From an uncultured Methanosarcinales archaeon (GTDB lineage Archaea; Nanobdellota; Nanobdellia; Woesearchaeales; JAGVZT01), in contig CAYUHF010000003.1 of assembly GCA_964444505.1 (NCBI GenBank), forward strand, positions 28,189 to 92,188: DNA of 64,000 nt, written 5' to 3'. Positions 25,655 through 34,849 of this stretch are shown here, one piece after another; the stretch's first letter is position 1; each line of letters begins with the position of its first letter. A model generated the notes under the pieces. That model did no database searches and had not been told where the DNA came from. It saw nothing but the letters and a program-made list of their open reading frames with translations. The position numbers were made by a program, and so were the translations under genes.

Positions 25655-26024
25655 GGTCTAAAATCAGCAGTATTTCTTTTGGGTCGCTTGCTCAGTGCTC
25701 TTCACTGATAGGAGCAAGCTCCGCAATAGTGCACCATCACAAAACTGAATTGACCACAAATCCTTCCGTGGCCAGACGTAATTGCGATGTTTTGAGCAAT
25801 GAAGTAGGACACTCGCAAGTGGCCGTCTGTGCCATGGGACGGAAGGATTTCTAAAGCATTAACATCTGTGCATTGGGTGCGGATGTCAAGAGTTCAAAGG
25901 TGATTCCAGAAATAAAGTAAATCTTGGATCCTCACCCTGCCTGTGGGGTATTGACGCCTCCATTTCTGCGAGGGAGATTTTTAAATAGCTTTTTTTCGCA
26001 ATATTTATAAATTATCTAAAGTTC
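25655..26024. ncRNA. Candidate structured non-coding RNA of unassigned class
   Basis: This spacer has no ORF and is visibly GC-enriched relative to its flanks. It has multiple long complementary segments: gcttgctc/gagcaagc (8 bp), ccttccgt...acggaagg (8 bp), gacg/cgtc and cactcgca/tgcgag. RNase P P4 (GGAAAGUCC) and SRP helix-8 (GGAAGCAGC) signatures were not found. Confidence 0.35.
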
Positions 26025-26045
26025 ATGCAAACAAGGGGGTATATC

Positions 26046-28721
26046 ATGGCTGACGATGAGATTGCTATTGATTTGAGTAAGATAAAGGACTTTTTTAAAG
26101 GGAAAAAAGATAAAAAACCTAAAGATGATGAGATAGCAATTGATCTCGGACAGATTGGAGATTTCTTCAGCAATCTGAAATTCCAAAAATATCACATACT
26201 TCTTCTAATATTAATTCCAATGCTTGCAGGTGTTTTTTTAAGAGCACAGCCTGCATATCTTCCTATAACTGATGAATGGGCAGAGAGCAGTGTGCATGGT
26301 TTTTACAGAAACAACATACTCCAGGAGATAAACAGGAACTATCCCAACCTGCCGGATTCCAGAAAGCAGGCAATGGTTGAAGAAAACTTCCAAGAACTTC
26401 TGAAGCAGCAGGGAGGACAGATAGAACAGCAAGTCCAGCAGACATCAAACCAGTTCAAAGAGAGAATGCAGGATGACAATGGACAGACTTATCTTCTTGC
26501 ACTTGATCCTTATTTCTGGCTAAGATATGCAGAAAATATTGATGAGAATGGCCATCCTGGTGATACTCTTGTTGATGGAAGACCCTACAGTACATTATTT
26601 TTGGCACCTGTCGGAAGATTTGTTGGACAGGATATTTTCCACCCTTATTTTGAATATTATTTCTATAAGTTGTTGAGTATTTTTGATGGTGATATGTATC
26701 TTATGAAGGCAGCTTTTTATGTGCCCATTATTCTCGCGGCACTGTGTGTTATTCCTGCTTTTTTTATTGCCAAGAAAATTAGCGGCAATATTGGTGGGTT
26801 TTTTGCGGCTATGCTTGTTGCAATCCACCCATCATTTTTGACCAGGACTGCAGGCGGTTTTGCAGATACTGATGCATATAATGTCTTGTTCCCTCTGATG
26901 ATTGCCTGGCTATTTATGGAAGCTTTTGATGCAAGGAAAAAGAAATTCACCATGCTCTTAAGTGCTGGAGCTGGCCTCTTGGTTGGCATATACAGCTTTA
27001 CATGGGGCGGCTGGTGGTATATACTTGACTTTTTGCTTGCTGTTGCTGGACTTTATACTGTATATTATCTTGTGATTCATAGAAATGACCTGAAAAACAG
27101 AAATACTCTTACAAAAATAAAAGATGTCCTCATATTGATTGCTGTGTTTTTTGTTTCTTCAGCCATCTTTACAACAGCATTTAGCAGTTTTGGAAATTTC
27201 AAAAGTATTGTTAGGTCTCCAATTAGTTTCACCCAGATAAAGGATGTTGGTACAAAGAGTATCTGGCCCAATGTGTATACAACTGTTGCTGAACAGAATG
27301 AGATATCAATAAGAGGGGCAATTAACCAGATTGGCGGAACTCTGATGTTTCTCTTGTCTGTTATCGGTATTGGACTTACGCTCAGGAAAAAAGACAAGCA
27401 CGGGAATATTGACCCTAAATACTCAATCCTGCTTGCGGTTTGGTTTGGTGCAACTTTGTACGCAAGCACAAAAGGAGTAAGATGGGTTCTTCTGCTTGTT
27501 CCTGCGTATGCAATTGCATTTGGTGTTTTTGCAGGAATTGCTGTAAAGTATATTGGCAAACAGATGTCAAAAGAACTTAAGATTAGTGAGATGATATCAA
27601 GAGCATCACTGGTACTGATAATTGGGCTTTTACTCATCTCGCCATTTAATGGGGCTCTAAACACTGCAAAAAGAGAGATTCCAAGTATGAATGATGCATG
27701 GGTTAATACACTTACAAAAATCAAAGACAACTCCACAGAAGATGCAATTATTAGCAGCTGGTGGGACTTTGGACACTGGTTCAAGTACTGGGCTGACAGG
27801 GGTGTTACTTTTGATGGAACATCACAGACTGGAGACAGGGCGCATTTTATTGGACTTACTCTTTTAACTGATGATGAAGAGCAGGCAGTTTCTCTTCTAA
27901 GAATGCTTAACTGCGGCGGTAACAATGCATTTGAAACTCTTGATGAGGAAAACCAGGATCCACTTGAATCAGTACAGGTGATAAAACACATAATCATGCT
28001 TGAACAAGATGATGCCAGGGATTATCTTACCGACTATGTAAGCGAAGAGACTGCTGATGAGGTCATACAATACACTCACTGTGATGCACCAAGAGACTAC
28101 TTTATTGCAAGCGAGGATATGGTCGGGAAATCAGGTGTGTGGGCGCACTTTGGTAGCTGGAACTTCACAAGAGCATCAATGGTCTTTGATGTTAGGCAGA
28201 AATCCAGAACAGAAGGAGTACAGATTCTTCAGGAGAAATATGGACTATCTGCCCAGGATGCTGAAACATATTATTATGAGATACGAACACAGGATCCAAA
28301 CAACTGGATTGCACCATGGCCAAGTTATTTTTCACAGACTGCTGCATGCTCAAGAACAAATGAAACAGTGAGATGCAACAATGGACTAATACTAAACCTG
28401 ACCAGTGAAGAAGCTTATGTTGAGACACCACAGGGCAGACAGTATCCAAAAGAGATTTCTTTTGTAAAAAATGATACATTCAGGCACAAGGTTTTTGAAG
28501 AAAACATATGGGTTGGGCAGAACAACCAGGAGATTGGTGCTGCATTCTTCCCGGCAGGAGACTCTTACCAGAGTATAATTATGGCACCGGAGCTTACTGC
28601 AAGTATGTTTACAAGACAGTTCTTTTTCAAAGGAGAGCATCTTGAGTATTTTGAGCCATTCCATCATGAAACTGATCTTACTGGTCTTGATATTTATGTC
28701 TACAAGGTTGACTGGGAATGA
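26046..28721 (+). CDS. aglB: Archaeal oligosaccharyltransferase AglB (STT3 family)
   Basis: The protein has a 13-TM N-terminal half and a WWDFGHW (WWDYG) motif. The start was chosen at the ATG at 26046 after a GGGGGT SD. The N-terminus carries a duplicated DDEIAIDL(x)I(x)DFF motif. Confidence 0.85.
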   Translation: MADDEIAIDLSKIKDFFKGKKDKKPKDDEIAIDLGQIGDFFSNLKFQKYHILLLILIPMLAGVFLRAQPAYLPITDEWAESSVHGFYRNNILQEINRNYPNLPDSRKQAMVEENFQELLKQQGGQIEQQVQQTSNQFKERMQDDNGQTYLLALDPYFWLRYAENIDENGHPGDTLVDGRPYSTLFLAPVGRFVGQDIFHPYFEYYFYKLLSIFDGDMYLMKAAFYVPIILAALCVIPAFFIAKKISGNIGGFFAAMLVAIHPSFLTRTAGGFADTDAYNVLFPLMIAWLFMEAFDARKKKFTMLLSAGAGLLVGIYSFTWGGWWYILDFLLAVAGLYTVYYLVIHRNDLKNRNTLTKIKDVLILIAVFFVSSAIFTTAFSSFGNFKSIVRSPISFTQIKDVGTKSIWPNVYTTVAEQNEISIRGAINQIGGTLMFLLSVIGIGLTLRKKDKHGNIDPKYSILLAVWFGATLYASTKGVRWVLLLVPAYAIAFGVFAGIAVKYIGKQMSKELKISEMISRASLVLIIGLLLISPFNGALNTAKREIPSMNDAWVNTLTKIKDNSTEDAIISSWWDFGHWFKYWADRGVTFDGTSQTGDRAHFIGLTLLTDDEEQAVSLLRMLNCGGNNAFETLDEENQDPLESVQVIKHIIMLEQDDARDYLTDYVSEETADEVIQYTHCDAPRDYFIASEDMVGKSGVWAHFGSWNFTRASMVFDVRQKSRTEGVQILQEKYGLSAQDAETYYYEIRTQDPNNWIAPWPSYFSQTAACSRTNETVRCNNGLILNLTSEEAYVETPQGRQYPKEISFVKNDTFRHKVFEENIWVGQNNQEIGAAFFPAGDSYQSIIMAPELTASMFTRQFFFKGEHLEYFEPFHHETDLTGLDIYVYKVDWE

Positions 28722-29389
28722 AAGTTTTTATTGTTATTCCTGCCTACAATGAAGGCGGGATGATAAAAAATGTTCTAGATGATCTGCATAAACACGGCTA
28801 TGACAATATTGTTGTTGTAGATGACGGGAGTTCTGATGACACTTTCAAGACTGCTTCAAAACATGCAGACACATTAAGACATGTTATTAACAGGGGGCAG
28901 GGCGCAGCTTTACAGACAGGTATTACTTATTCTCTTCAAAAAAGTGCAGACATTATTGTAACGTTTGATGCTGACGGCCAGCACAGGACATCTGAGATTG
29001 AGAAAATGATAAAACCAATAAAAAACGGCGAGGTTGATGTTACTTTTGGTTCAAGGTTTTTGACAAAGTCAGATATTCCTTTCTTAAGAAAAGTCTATCT
29101 AAAGATAGGTGTTGTAGTGATGTTTGTTATGTACGGTGTTGCAATGACAGATTCTCATAACGGTTTTCGTGCTTTTTCAAGAAAAGCTGCACAACAGATT
29201 GATATCAGGTCAGACGGCATGGAGCATGCATCAGAGATTCCAGAGCAGGTCAAAAACAAGAACATTTCATTTAAAGAGGTTCCTGTGCACATAGATTACA
29301 CTGATTATTCACAAAAGCACGGCCAGAATTTCAAGTTAAACGCTTTCAGGATTTTTTTCAGGATGCTATTAAAAAAGCTTATGAGGTGA
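28718..29389 (+). CDS. GT2 polyprenol/dolichyl-phosphate glycosyltransferase (DPM/DPG synthase-like)
   Basis: The motifs are VIPAYNEGGMI, VVVDDGSSDDT and DADGQH. An ATGA overlap joins it to aglB. Confidence 0.8.
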   Translation: MKVFIVIPAYNEGGMIKNVLDDLHKHGYDNIVVVDDGSSDDTFKTASKHADTLRHVINRGQGAALQTGITYSLQKSADIIVTFDADGQHRTSEIEKMIKPIKNGEVDVTFGSRFLTKSDIPFLRKVYLKIGVVVMFVMYGVAMTDSHNGFRAFSRKAAQQIDIRSDGMEHASEIPEQVKNKNISFKEVPVHIDYTDYSQKHGQNFKLNAFRIFFRMLLKKLMR

Positions 29390-29393
29390 CAAT

Positions 29394-29720
29394 ATGGATC
29401 TTATACACATCATTATTTTGGTTGTTGGTTTGTTTGCAGTGAGCAGGGCTTATCTTAGGATGAGAGAATCAAAAATTTCTCTTGGAGAGTTTATTTTCTG
29501 GTTTTTTCTATGGCTTGGGGCAGCAATAATATCTTTTTTCCCCGATATTTTATCATATCTGTCTGACAGGACTGGTTTTGGGAGAGGTATGGATTTTTTG
29601 CTAGCAGTAAGCATCATTGTACTCTTCTATCTGCTCTTCAGACTGTATGTCAAGGTTGATGAGACAAACAAGGAGGTTACAAAGCTTGTCAGGGAAATTG
29701 CAATAATGAAGAAAAAATGA
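29394..29720 (+). CDS. Small 3-TM membrane protein (DUF2304/GtrA-like partner of GT2)
   Basis: The sequence is hydrophobic with 3 predicted helices. It is wedged between GT2 and GT4 with overlaps. Confidence 0.55.
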   Translation: MDLIHIIILVVGLFAVSRAYLRMRESKISLGEFIFWFFLWLGAAIISFFPDILSYLSDRTGFGRGMDFLLAVSIIVLFYLLFRLYVKVDETNKEVTKLVREIAIMKKK

Positions 29721-30802
29721 ATATCCTCTTTATAACAGAATATTTTCCTGAAGATCCTGGAGATATAACAGGGGGTGTTGAGGCGAGAGCTTTTTTTGTT
29801 GCAAAAGAACTTGCCAAAAAACACAGTGTTACTGTTCTTACATCATGCAGAAAAAAACCAAAAAAGTACACTATTGAAAATATAAGAGTTGTGCAGATTG
29901 GGCCTGCATATCCTTATACCCAGAAAGGTCATCTTTTCAAAAGAATGTTGTTTGGTCTTAATTCTGTGTTTTTTTCAAGAAAAATCAAAGCAGATGTTGT
30001 TGAGGGTTGCAGTTTTTTCACTTACCTTTCTTCAATACTTCACCCTGCAGAGTCGTTTATCACTTATCATGAAGTGTGGCTGGGTGAATGGGTGAAAAAC
30101 ACAAACAAGCTTGGTTTTATTGGGGAGATTGCGGAAAGAGCTGTTCTTTTGGGAGCAAAACTTTTCAGGACAAATATAATTGCAGTCTCAAACTTTACCA
30201 AAGATAAGCTTGTGGATGCGGGTGTTTCTGAAAAACAGGTAAGAGTGATTCATAATGGTGTTGATCTTTCAAAATACAATGTCAGGGTAAAAAAGTTTGA
30301 TAAGAAAACAGTGTGCTATGTAGGAAGATTAACAAAGCACAAAAGAGTTCAGGACTTAATAAAAGCGGTTGATGGTCTTGATGTGGAGTGCAAGATTGTT
30401 GGCAAAGGTCAGGAGAAAGAATATCTTGAAAGTATTGCTGGTAGTAATGTAGAGTTTCTTGGATTTCTGCCTTCATATATGGATGTGATTAAGACATTGA
30501 AAAAATCCCATGTTTTCTGTTCTCCAAGTGTTGTAGAGGGTTTTGGGATAACTCTTCTTGAGGCAATGGCCTGCAATGTTCCTTTTGTGTGTTCAGACAT
30601 TGCTCCATTCAGGGAGGTTAGTGATGGAAGGGGCGGGCTTTTTTTCAAGCCAAAAGACCATAAAGAGCTAAGACAAAATATTAAAAGGCTTCTGGAGCAT
30701 GAAAAGTTTTACAAGACATGTGTAGAAGAAGAAAAATTAAGGGTTTCTGAGTTTGACTGGAATATTATTGCAAAGAAAGTTGAGGAGTATTACAAGGATT
30801 AG
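29717..30802 (+). CDS. GT4 family glycosyltransferase
   Basis: The C-terminal EGFGITLLEAMACNVP is an E-x7-E motif. Confidence 0.8.
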   Translation: MNILFITEYFPEDPGDITGGVEARAFFVAKELAKKHSVTVLTSCRKKPKKYTIENIRVVQIGPAYPYTQKGHLFKRMLFGLNSVFFSRKIKADVVEGCSFFTYLSSILHPAESFITYHEVWLGEWVKNTNKLGFIGEIAERAVLLGAKLFRTNIIAVSNFTKDKLVDAGVSEKQVRVIHNGVDLSKYNVRVKKFDKKTVCYVGRLTKHKRVQDLIKAVDGLDVECKIVGKGQEKEYLESIAGSNVEFLGFLPSYMDVIKTLKKSHVFCSPSVVEGFGITLLEAMACNVPFVCSDIAPFREVSDGRGGLFFKPKDHKELRQNIKRLLEHEKFYKTCVEEEKLRVSEFDWNIIAKKVEEYYKD

Positions 30803-31554
30803 TTTTTCTCTGGGAAATGCCTGTGTTTTGTTGGTATTATGTAGCCGTTTATTTCTCCTTTTTTTGCAATAGCCGGGAAAAATTGTCTTTCAAGTGAAGA
30901 GTTGTCAATTTCTGAAAAAACAATTGGCCTCATTATGTATATTCCTGCATTTACTATGTGGGATCCTTTTTCTGCCTTTTCATCAAATTCAATTATCTTG
31001 TCACCTTCCATTACAACAGAGCCATAAAGAGATAATTCACTTGATGTGTTTAGTCCCATTGTCACCCATGCCTCTGACTGCATATGCATCTTTCTCATTT
31101 TTGAAAAATCAAAATGGTTAAATGTATCACCGTTTATCACAACAAATGAAGAGAATATCTTATCCTTCAGAAGTCTTAATGCCTGTGCATTACCTCTGCT
31201 TTCTTTCTCAAATACCCATTCAATATCTAATCCATACTGTTCCAGAAGCTCGCTGACTTTTTTTATTGCTGGTGTTTTTTTGGTGACAACATATATTCTA
31301 CCCACACCGTAATTCTCAAGAAATTCAATCTGTGATACTATAAGTGGTTTCTCTTTAAAATCACTTATCATCAGTTCCTGGTCATTTTCATGTACCAAAA
31401 TCACTGCTGTAGTGAGAGGCTGTTTTTTAAGTCCTTTTGATATGAGCTCTTCAATTGCCTGCGACCTGCTTCTTATAGAAGAACCGTCAATCATCATATC
31501 AACCATTGCCAGAAGAGAAGGATCAACTGAGATTGCAATCTTTTTTTTGTTCAT
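30799..31554 (-). CDS. Ribbon-helix-helix (CopG/NikR-like) domain fused to a degenerate sugar-nucleotidyltransferase-like domain
   Basis: The N-terminus MNKKKIAISVDPSLLAMVDMMIDGSSIRSRSQAIEELI is RHH-like. The C-terminus ...VVINGDTFNHFDFSKMRKMH... resembles NTP_transferase but lacks the GxGTRL motif. Confidence 0.5.
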   Translation of the reverse strand: MNKKKIAISVDPSLLAMVDMMIDGSSIRSRSQAIEELISKGLKKQPLTTAVILVHENDQELMISDFKEKPLIVSQIEFLENYGVGRIYVVTKKTPAIKKVSELLEQYGLDIEWVFEKESRGNAQALRLLKDKIFSSFVVINGDTFNHFDFSKMRKMHMQSEAWVTMGLNTSSELSLYGSVVMEGDKIIEFDEKAEKGSHIVNAGIYIMRPIVFSEIDNSSLERQFFPAIAKKGEINGYIIPTKHRHFPEKN

Positions 31555-31680
31555 GAGTATAATGTGAGAGAGGTATATTATAAGTTTTTTGATATGGTAT
31601 TAACAATGCATACTTTAGAAAATTTTATATATCAGTTTGGTTTGAGTATGAACACTTCATACTGGAGGAGATGATGCATT

Positions 31681-32691
31681 ATGATAATAAAGAGCAGAGC
31701 ACCTGTTAGAATTAGTTATGGTGGTGGAGGTACAGATGTTTCACCGTATACAGAGGATCACGGCGGTGTTGCACTGAATGTAACAATCAACAAATATGTT
31801 TCTGGTTCTCTGGAGCTCTCTCCAGACAACAGGATTATTCTACATTCTTATGACTACAATAAGACTATTTGTCTTGATAATGGTGATGAGCTCAAATATA
31901 ACAATGAACTTGACCTTCTCAAGGCTGTTGTCAAACACAGCCATAAGAGCAAGAAAGGGCTTAAGATGAAGCTTGCAAGTGATGTTCCTCCCAGAAGCGG
32001 TCTTGGCGGGAGTGCGACAGCTTTTGTTGCTGCACTTGGATTGTTTAATCATCTTAAGGATTCAAACAAGTTCACACCTTATGAACTGGCAGAGTTTGCC
32101 TACAAACTGGAGAGAAGAGAACTGAGAATTCCTGGTGGTAGACAAGACCAGTATGCTGCTTCTTTTGGCGGACTTAATTTTATTGAATTCAAAGGAGATG
32201 ATTTTGTGAGAGTCACTCCACTCAACCTAAAGAGAGATTACATGCTTGAGTTAGAGGAGAACACTCTTTTGTTCAGGGTGCCTCCAAGAAAAAAAACAGA
32301 TGACATACTTGCAGACCAGAAGAAAAACCTGAAGACAGGAAAGAGCCTGAGCAGCATGCACAGAAACAAGGAGATTGCATACAAGATGAAAGATGCTCTT
32401 TATGCTGGAGATTTTCAATGTTTTGGAGGGCTTTTACATGAGGCATGGGAGACAAAAAAACAGTTCAGCAGTCTTATATCAAATCCTATGATTGACAAAC
32501 TATACAACACTGCAATAAAGAATGGTGCATTGGGAGGCAAGATAACAGGGGCTGGCGGTGGAGGGCATATGATCTTTTTTTGTGATTCAGACAAGAAAAG
32601 AGATGTTATGAAAAGTCTAACTAAAATGGGTGCAAGACCAGTAAGCTTTAGTTTTAATTTTGAGGGACTTGAAACCTGGGAAGTGAACTAA
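31681..32691 (+). CDS. hddA: GHMP kinase, D-glycero-alpha-D-manno-heptose 7-phosphate kinase-like (HddA)
   Basis: The motifs are PVRISYGGGGTD and PPRSGLGGSATAFVAAL. A GGAGGAG SD is present. The heptose pathway genes are adjacent. Confidence 0.7.
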   Translation: MIIKSRAPVRISYGGGGTDVSPYTEDHGGVALNVTINKYVSGSLELSPDNRIILHSYDYNKTICLDNGDELKYNNELDLLKAVVKHSHKSKKGLKMKLASDVPPRSGLGGSATAFVAALGLFNHLKDSNKFTPYELAEFAYKLERRELRIPGGRQDQYAASFGGLNFIEFKGDDFVRVTPLNLKRDYMLELEENTLLFRVPPRKKTDDILADQKKNLKTGKSLSSMHRNKEIAYKMKDALYAGDFQCFGGLLHEAWETKKQFSSLISNPMIDKLYNTAIKNGALGGKITGAGGGGHMIFFCDSDKKRDVMKSLTKMGARPVSFSFNFEGLETWEVN

Positions 32692-32692
32692 G

Positions 32693-33268
32693 ATGGAAGG
32701 ATATGCCCAGGATATTGCCCAGGAAATAAGAGAAAGCATTCTTGTCAAACAGCAGACCTTAAGACTGTCACCAATTATTGCAAAAGCAGCAGACTCAATA
32801 GTCAAATCTTACAAAAAAGGTGGAAAACTTGTTGTTTTTGGAAATGGCGGGAGTGCTGCAGATGCACAGCACATTGTTGGAGAGCTTGTGAACAAACTTC
32901 ATATGGACAGGGATATGCTAAATGCTCTCGCGCTCAATGTAAACACATCTGTTATTACTGCTATTGGGAATGATTCAAGTTATGATAATATTTTTTCCAG
33001 GCAGATTGAGTTTCTTGTTGATGAAAGAGATGTTGTCATGGGGATAAGCACAAGCGGAAATTCCGAAAATGTAATAAGAGGTCTAAAAAAAGCAAAAGAG
33101 AGGGGTGCACTCACAATTGGTCTTACCGGCAAAACTGGCGGCAGGATGAAAGGACTGCCTGATATAATAGTTAATATTCCTTCTGACAAGGTTACAAGAA
33201 TACAGGAAGCACATATTACTATCGGGCATATTATTTGCGGCCTGGTCGAGAGGGAGCTTTTCCAATGA
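32693..33268 (+). CDS. gmhA: SIS-domain sedoheptulose-7-phosphate isomerase (GmhA)
   Basis: The motifs are VVFGNGGSAADAQH and GISTSGNSENV. Confidence 0.8.
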   Translation: MEGYAQDIAQEIRESILVKQQTLRLSPIIAKAADSIVKSYKKGGKLVVFGNGGSAADAQHIVGELVNKLHMDRDMLNALALNVNTSVITAIGNDSSYDNIFSRQIEFLVDERDVVMGISTSGNSENVIRGLKKAKERGALTIGLTGKTGGRMKGLPDIIVNIPSDKVTRIQEAHITIGHIICGLVERELFQ

Positions 33269-33822
33269 AGGCAGTTTTTCTTGACAGGGATGGTGTGATA
33301 AATTTGCACAAATCAAGGATTGATTCACCTGGAAAGCTTGAGATTTTTGATTTTTCTGCTGATGCCATAAAAAAACTAAGTGATGCAGGCTTTGGTGTGT
33401 ATGTTGTCACTAACCAGCCTGAAGTTGCAAAGGGTTTTTTTAGTCTTGAGGATCTGGAAAAAGTTCACAATTATTTGAAAAAAAAGATTCCTGAGATTGA
33501 TGAGATTTATTTTTGCCCGCACCATCCGGAAAAGGGGTGGCCGGGTGAGGTTCCTGAACTCAAGAAAGAGTGCGAGTGCAGAAAACCAAATCCAGGTCTC
33601 TTGCTGAGAGCTGCAGAAGAGCATGGTATTGACCTTGGTGATTCATGGATGGTAGGAGATTCAATAAGCGATATTGTTGCAGGTAACAGGGCAGGGGTCA
33701 GAACAATCTATGTTACAGAAGGGGGCGGATCTGGAGCAAAACAAGAAGCTAATCTGGAACTTAAACCAGATTACACCTGCAAAAACCTTAAAGATGCTTC
33801 CGAAATAATTAGGAGGGAGTAA
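33265..33822 (+). CDS. gmhB: HAD-family D,D-heptose 1,7-bisphosphate phosphatase (GmhB)
   Basis: The motifs are FLDRDGVIN, VVTNQ and GDSISD, with a Zn-binding CPHHP...CECRKPNPG. The start was trimmed to the ATG at 33265 (ATGA overlap). Confidence 0.8.
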   Translation: MKAVFLDRDGVINLHKSRIDSPGKLEIFDFSADAIKKLSDAGFGVYVVTNQPEVAKGFFSLEDLEKVHNYLKKKIPEIDEIYFCPHHPEKGWPGEVPELKKECECRKPNPGLLLRAAEEHGIDLGDSWMVGDSISDIVAGNRAGVRTIYVTEGGGSGAKQEANLELKPDYTCKNLKDASEIIRRE

Positions 33823-33823
33823 T

Positions 33824-34810
33824 ATGGATTTAATTAATTATGAAAAAGCACTAGAAGAACACAGCAAAGGAACAACTTACTTTATGTGCCAGGCTGCAAG
33901 AATAGAGGCAAAAAAAGATTGGTGGGGCTCCAGGTATCAAGTTGTACTTGCTCATCCATATGAGAATTGCTTTGCTGTCGACAAGGAAGGCAGACAGTAT
34001 ATTGAAAGCCAGAGAAATGATCTTGATTTGATTGACACAAGTAATCATGTTTCATTAGGTTTCCAGAGTATGAAATGCTGGGGAGCTGGAACAGTGATAC
34101 TGCCTAGTTTTCCAGAAAACAGTGTTCTTGTGCAGCTCAAGGTTTATGGTGATGATGCTTATATGTCTCCTTTCACAGGCATAACCGAGAATCCTGAAGA
34201 ACTCTTAAACCCTGAACTTTGTGCTGTAAGGGAGGCAGCAGAAGAACTTGGGGTATGCACTCCAGAGGGGGAGATACTTACACCTGGATTTCACAGACTG
34301 CCATTTTCAAGTATAAATAAAAGATATGACCAAAAAGAGCTTCAGGATATTGTTCAGGAGAGCATGCAGGCAAGTGGTCTTGGATTTGAGAATATGGGCG
34401 GTTATTTGAGTACTTCATTCTACCAAGGTGAAGCCGGAGTAAAAGACCAGCTGGAAATAGTATTTCCTGAGATTGGAGAAAATACTCTTGAAGGAGTTGC
34501 TCTTGCTACAAGCAACCCATCAAATTCAGGAGATGTTCTTATTCCAGTGAATATGGAGCTGCCGCAAGATGCACTTGTCTGGGCAACAGAAGGGAGAAAG
34601 TGGGGAGGTTTTCCTATTATTTTGGGATTTGATCAATTACACAGTCTGCAGAATAGCAAGTGGGGACACGATATTGAGGTTATTGGTTTTGATTCAAGTA
34701 CAGGAAAAAGAACAAAGATGTTGATTCCAGGGTATTGTGATATCTTGCTTCAGAAATGGTTTGGGTGGACAGAGATTAGGACTGATTACAAAGACCATGC
34801 ATCAATCTGA
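33824..34810 (+). CDS. Nudix-box-containing protein (328 aa) embedded in the heptose operon
   Basis: PELCAVREAAEELGV matches the Nudix box REx2EExGU. The remainder of the protein is unassigned. A GGAGGGAG SD is present. Confidence 0.5.
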   Translation: MDLINYEKALEEHSKGTTYFMCQAARIEAKKDWWGSRYQVVLAHPYENCFAVDKEGRQYIESQRNDLDLIDTSNHVSLGFQSMKCWGAGTVILPSFPENSVLVQLKVYGDDAYMSPFTGITENPEELLNPELCAVREAAEELGVCTPEGEILTPGFHRLPFSSINKRYDQKELQDIVQESMQASGLGFENMGGYLSTSFYQGEAGVKDQLEIVFPEIGENTLEGVALATSNPSNSGDVLIPVNMELPQDALVWATEGRKWGGFPIILGFDQLHSLQNSKWGHDIEVIGFDSSTGKRTKMLIPGYCDILLQKWFGWTEIRTDYKDHASI

Positions 34811-34849
34811 TGCAAAACATATAAATAACCTACAGAATGCACTCTTGAT

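Noticed and set aside
25655-26024. Assigning the structured spacer to RNase P RNA, SRP RNA or a tRNA
   Set aside because: None of the P4 GGAAAGUCC / ACAGAA(A/U)CCGGCUUA, SRP helix-8 GGAAGCAGC or tRNA GTTCRANYC T-loop signatures could be found by eye on either strand. It is kept only as an unclassified ncRNA candidate.
27077-27997. 306-aa minus-strand ORF inside aglB
   Set aside because: It is antisense to a well-supported AglB CDS and shows no domain features.
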